Shown piece after piece: positions 60,321 through 64,000 of a stretch of 64,000 bases of DNA. How positions within the stretch are numbered: position 1 is the stretch's first letter; every line of letters begins with the position of its first letter. Position numbers and translations under genes: made by a program. The notes beneath the pieces were generated by a model. It did no database searches. It saw only the letters and a list, made by a program, of their open reading frames with translations, and was not told the DNA's origin. Origin of the DNA: Candidatus Poriferihabitaceae bacterium (GTDB taxonomy: Bacteria > Pseudomonadota > Gammaproteobacteria > Arenicellales > Poriferihabitantaceae); assembly GCA_965223465.1 (NCBI GenBank), contig OZ245025.1:845900-909899 (forward strand). The letters are read 5' to 3'.

Positions 60321-61388
60321 ATGTCGCCACTCATTGCATCACCACTTGATTCTAACCAGCTCCTTTCTCAAATTAATGGCTGGGCGAAAGAACTCGGATT
60401 CGCGGACGTTGGGATCTCTAATCTCGATTTGCGCCTAGCAGAGCAACAACTTTTCGATTGGCTGGATAAGGGTTTTCATGGCTCCATGGCCTATATGCAA
60501 CGCCATGGGAAAAAACGAACTCGCGCAGAATTGTTGGTACCAGGTACGGTCTCGATTTTGAGCGCACGAATGGATTATCTACCAGAGACCCAAAACGCAG
60601 CAATATCGGTCCTTAATGATGCGAATTTGGCTTATATTTCGCGTTATGCACTGGGCAGGGATTATCACAAACTGATACGCCAGCGGCTCAATAAGCTTGC
60701 ACAACGTATTCAACAACGTATAGCCGAATTTGGCTATCGCGTGTTCTGCGATAGTGCACCTGTCATGGAAAAGCCCATCGCAGCAAAAGCGGGGCTCGGT
60801 TGGGTAGGTAAGCATTCAAACCTGATGAATCGCGAGGCGGGTTCCTGGTTTTTCCTGGGTGAAATTTATCTTGATTTTGCACTGCCGCCCTCCTCCCCGC
60901 GCCAAAACCATTGCGGCGATTGCACCCGCTGCATGACAGCTTGTCCAACCCAGGCCATAGTTGCGCCCTACGTGGTTGACGCGCGCAAGTGTATTTCCTA
61001 TTTAACCATTGAAAACCACGGTGATATCCCGATTGAATTGCGACCCAAGCTCGGAAATCGTATTTATGGTTGCGACGATTGTCAGCTGTTTTGCCCGTGG
61101 AATAAAGACGCACCACTCAGTCAGGAAACCGATTTTACGGTCCGGCGCAGTTTGAATAACACGCCTCTGGCAACACTTTTTTCATGGTCGGAAACGGATT
61201 TTCTAAAACGTCTAGAAGGATCTCCTATAAGACGCATCGGTTACCAAAACTGGCTCAGAAATATTGCGGTCGCTTTAGGAAATGCGCCAAAAACAGCCGC
61301 TAACCACAAGGCGTTACGAAAGCGAAAAAACCACCCTGAACCCCGCGTCAAAGCGCATATTCACTGGGCGCTAGAACAGTATCAATAG
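60321..61388 (+). CDS. queG: tRNA epoxyqueuosine(34) reductase
   Basis: 355 aa with two 4Fe-4S motifs (CGDCTRCMTACP; CDDCQLFCPWN) and a QueG-type N-terminal domain. Confidence 0.9.
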   Translation: MSPLIASPLDSNQLLSQINGWAKELGFADVGISNLDLRLAEQQLFDWLDKGFHGSMAYMQRHGKKRTRAELLVPGTVSILSARMDYLPETQNAAISVLNDANLAYISRYALGRDYHKLIRQRLNKLAQRIQQRIAEFGYRVFCDSAPVMEKPIAAKAGLGWVGKHSNLMNREAGSWFFLGEIYLDFALPPSSPRQNHCGDCTRCMTACPTQAIVAPYVVDARKCISYLTIENHGDIPIELRPKLGNRIYGCDDCQLFCPWNKDAPLSQETDFTVRRSLNNTPLATLFSWSETDFLKRLEGSPIRRIGYQNWLRNIAVALGNAPKTAANHKALRKRKNHPEPRVKAHIHWALEQYQ

Positions 61389-61401
61389 CGGGTTTAATCG
61401 C

Positions 61402-61809
61402 ATGCCGAATCGTCAAGAACCCACGGATACGCCTGAGCGATTTATCGATTACCTGACTTTCGTATCAGATATGCTGGGCGGTGATATTCTCCCCATCAAC
61501 CCGCAGAGCGAGCATATTGGCGATTTGATTTCACATCGCGCCATCGATTATGTGTTGATCCGTTCAATAGTGCTCGAAATACAAAAGCACAACTCAATTT
61601 CCCATCAAAATGAACGTATCCAGGCCTTCCCCACACTCGACGCACTGGGTAAAATTCGCGGTAACCTGCTACAAAAAAGGGGCGACATTCATCAAATCAG
61701 CCTGCTAGACCGAATTGGCGAATTGACCGTTAGCTATTTTAACTTAACTCCAGAATCGGTAAGCAAACCCCAGCAACAAAAAACCGCTCGAATTTTTCCC
61801 ATTAAATAA
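61402..61809 (+). CDS. Hypothetical 135-aa protein
   Basis: The ORF begins 13 nt after the queG stop on the same strand. No TM helix and no recognisable motif. Confidence 0.45.
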   Translation: MPNRQEPTDTPERFIDYLTFVSDMLGGDILPINPQSEHIGDLISHRAIDYVLIRSIVLEIQKHNSISHQNERIQAFPTLDALGKIRGNLLQKRGDIHQISLLDRIGELTVSYFNLTPESVSKPQQQKTARIFPIK

Positions 61810-61829
61810 CAATATCTTAAATGGGTTAA

Positions 61830-63218
61830 TTAAATTATTTTACCAGGGTTCAGGATATTCTGTGGATCCAGCGCATGTTTGATATCTGCCATCACGTCAA
61901 CCGAATTACCCAGTTCCTGACGTAAAAATTCTCTTTTACCATAGCCAACGCCATGCTCACCCGTGCAGGTACCTTCCATTGCGATTACGCGATCAATCAT
62001 GCGTGCGTGCAAGGCCTCGGCATCGGCCACCTCGTTTTGATTTTGGTGATCAACCAGCATGCATAAATGAAAGTTCCCATCGCCTACATGGCCCAATATG
62101 GGCGCAATAATGTTGCTCGCTTTGATGTCTTTCAGGGTTTCTTCGATGCAATCTGCCAGACTCGAAATGGGGACGCAGGCATCAGTGGCCCATATCTGCC
62201 CATTAGTGCGCAGCGCCCTAATTGCATAAGCCGCGTCATGTCGTGCCCGCCACAGCTTCTTTTGCTCGCCAGCGTCGCTAGACCATCGAAATGAGCTACC
62301 CTGATACTCCTTGGCAATTGATTCAACCGTTTGCGCCTGCTCTGCAACACTGGCGTCACTTCCGTGAAACTCCATGATTAACATCGGCGTTTCCGGTAAA
62401 TCAAGTTTGGAGTACGCATTCAGCGCCTTGACCGACAAACTATCGAGCAATTCGATACGCGCAACCGGTACGCCCAGTTGGATAGTTTCGATTACCGTGT
62501 TAACCGCGTTACTTACATTCGCAAACGTACAACGCGCGCTGGATGTGGCTGCGGGACGCCCAAACAGGCGCACGGTGAGCTCGGTAATAATTCCCAGAGT
62601 GCCTTCCGCACCAACAAATAAACGGGTTAAATCATAGCCAGCAGAGGATTTACGCGCGCGATGCGCAGTTTTGATTATCTCACCGTTGGCCAACACGGCG
62701 GTAACATTGAGCACGTTATCGCGCATGGTTCCATAACGAACCGCATTAGTGCCGGAAGCGCGTGTTGAAGCCATCCCGCCAATAGAAGCATCTGCCCCAG
62801 GATCAATCGGAAAAAACAAACCCGTATCGCGCAAATACTCGTTCAATTGGCGGCGCGTTACACCGGGTTGAACCACTGCATCTAAATCTTCCGCATTGAC
62901 CTGAATAACCGCATTCATAGGGGACAAATCTATACAAACTCCACCCCGAAGCGCTGCAACATGTCCCTCTAGTGAGGTACCTTGTCCCCAAGGGATAATC
63001 GGCACCGAATGTTGAGCACATATGTGTACAATCTGTTGCACCTCCTGAGTATTTTCCACCGCAATCACACAATCCGGTGGATAAGACTGATGGAAAGATT
63101 CATCGCGGCCATACTGTTCACAAACCGCAGCAGCGGTTCTCACGCGATCACCAAAATGTGCGCTTAGCTCGGTCAAGGCTAATGCAATCGGTTCTGTGTT
63201 TGATCGCTTCAACACCAT
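61830..63218 (-). CDS. FAD-linked oxidase (GlcD / D-lactate dehydrogenase-like)
   Basis: 462 aa. FAD_binding_4 N-terminal domain (IPWGQGTSLEGH) and a C-terminal FAD-oxidase domain (GTCTGEHGVGYGKREFL...DPQNILNPGK). Confidence 0.85.
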   Translation of the reverse strand: MVLKRSNTEPIALALTELSAHFGDRVRTAAAVCEQYGRDESFHQSYPPDCVIAVENTQEVQQIVHICAQHSVPIIPWGQGTSLEGHVAALRGGVCIDLSPMNAVIQVNAEDLDAVVQPGVTRRQLNEYLRDTGLFFPIDPGADASIGGMASTRASGTNAVRYGTMRDNVLNVTAVLANGEIIKTAHRARKSSAGYDLTRLFVGAEGTLGIITELTVRLFGRPAATSSARCTFANVSNAVNTVIETIQLGVPVARIELLDSLSVKALNAYSKLDLPETPMLIMEFHGSDASVAEQAQTVESIAKEYQGSSFRWSSDAGEQKKLWRARHDAAYAIRALRTNGQIWATDACVPISSLADCIEETLKDIKASNIIAPILGHVGDGNFHLCMLVDHQNQNEVADAEALHARMIDRVIAMEGTCTGEHGVGYGKREFLRQELGNSVDVMADIKHALDPQNILNPGKII

Positions 63219-63231
63219 TTAATCCTACCAG

Positions 63232-64000
63232 TTATTTGGGGATTTCTAACAATGCTACGGCAAAAAACGAATAGGCCGCTAGTAAGAACGGTACGCTTGC
63301 TATCAAGCTTAGTATGGTCATATTTAACTTATTACCATACATTGCCAGCAAAGAGCCAAACATCGCAAGATACACCATAAGATAGCGCCCTTGAGGCTGG
63401 AAATCCATTGACCAATTCGCCCAGAATGCAGCCAGGGTAACACCTATTATAGAAGCCAATGTACACAATACCGCCATCCGTGCCATCCCATCTCCTCTTA
63501 TGGTAATGATAGTAATCGAATACAAAAATAGTAATACGATAAACAGGCTAACGATTTTAAAGTGTGGGTAACTATTTAAGATTTCGGTATAACCATAGGT
63601 TCCCAAACCCGTGTAAAAGATTCGTTCGGGCCAATCAAACTTGAATATCACATCCATTGCCGAATACCCCTTATCCCTTAAGCGATAATTCCTTTCTGTT
63701 TCTTCAAGCGGAGTAGACGGTTTGTAGATATGACCAGCTAGTTGTTCCCGGCAATCAATCACTTTTTCTTTCAGCGCAAAATCATTGATCGCATGTCGTG
63801 AAACTTCCCACGAAAGAAATATCGAGGTGCCCATTATAAATGCCACCAACACTGGCCATACGTGGCGCACACTGGGTATCCGCTTGTTCAGCAGCCACCA
63901 TGCAACACCCAACATAGCTAAAAACAGGGTGAAAAAAACATAGTTTAATTTCAACCAGTATTGCATGGCGATTATCAAACTCAGGGCGAATACCCAAATA
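63232..64000 (-). CDS. Polytopic membrane protein of unknown function; the 5' end probably lies beyond the window
   Basis: The frame stays open from 63978 to the window edge (no in-frame stop in 63979-64000). Several TM helices. AT-rich. Confidence 0.5.
   Translation of the reverse strand, partial: IWVFALSLIIAMQYWLKLNYVFFTLFLAMLGVAWWLLNKRIPSVRHVWPVLVAFIMGTSIFLSWEVSRHAINDFALKEKVIDCREQLAGHIYKPSTPLEETERNYRLRDKGYSAMDVIFKFDWPERIFYTGLGTYGYTEILNSYPHFKIVSLFIVLLFLYSITIITIRGDGMARMAVLCTLASIIGVTLAAFWANWSMDFQPQGRYLMVYLAMFGSLLAMYGNKLNMTILSLIASVPFLLAAYSFFAVALLEIPK

Noticed and set aside
1-64000. CRISPR arrays, rRNA/tRNA genes, IS elements, integrons, restriction-modification or known defence-system genes.
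   Set aside because: No spaced direct-repeat arrays were seen. No ORF has transposase, integrase, methylase, nuclease or NTPase defence signatures. All large non-coding gaps are at most about 350 nt and lack tRNA-like structure by eye. A tRNAscan or Infernal run would be needed for certainty.

Overview
This is a chromosomal, mostly core-genome segment of an unidentified gammaproteobacterium. I call about 63 protein-coding genes. I recognised no rRNA, tRNA, CRISPR array, transposase, integrase or prophage block by eye.

Several classical enterobacterial/pseudomonad synteny blocks are present:
- cvpA-dedD-folC-accD, then waaA, hemF, tsaC, purD-purH
- dusB-fis, a DUF3426 zinc-ribbon gene, prmA, accB-accC
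- miaB-ybeZ-ybeY-lnt and sufS-sufE
- fimV, leuC-leuD, rpoE-rseA-rseB divergent from nadB
- sdhCDAB-sdhE

The right half is more accessory:
- a plus-strand cell-envelope cluster: prc, a SEL1/SH3b protein, a TPR protein, an L,D-transpeptidase, a GT4 glycosyltransferase and an HxH protein
- an alaX-like-lutABC-AEC permease operon with overlapping stop/start codons
- a gst-Wzy_C/TPR-msrA-DUF423-DUF924 operon
- an MBOAT gene with a DltD-like partner
- queG and a GlcD-like FAD oxidase

The most unusual element is an AT-rich two-gene islet at about 55.0-55.8 kb. It encodes an orphan contractile-injection-system/phage inner tail-tube homologue, translationally coupled to a 117-aa protein of unknown function. 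No other tail or eCIS genes lie nearby. I see no recognisable defence, toxin-antitoxin or mobile system. The novelty claims rest on gene context and are hypotheses that need database and structural checks.
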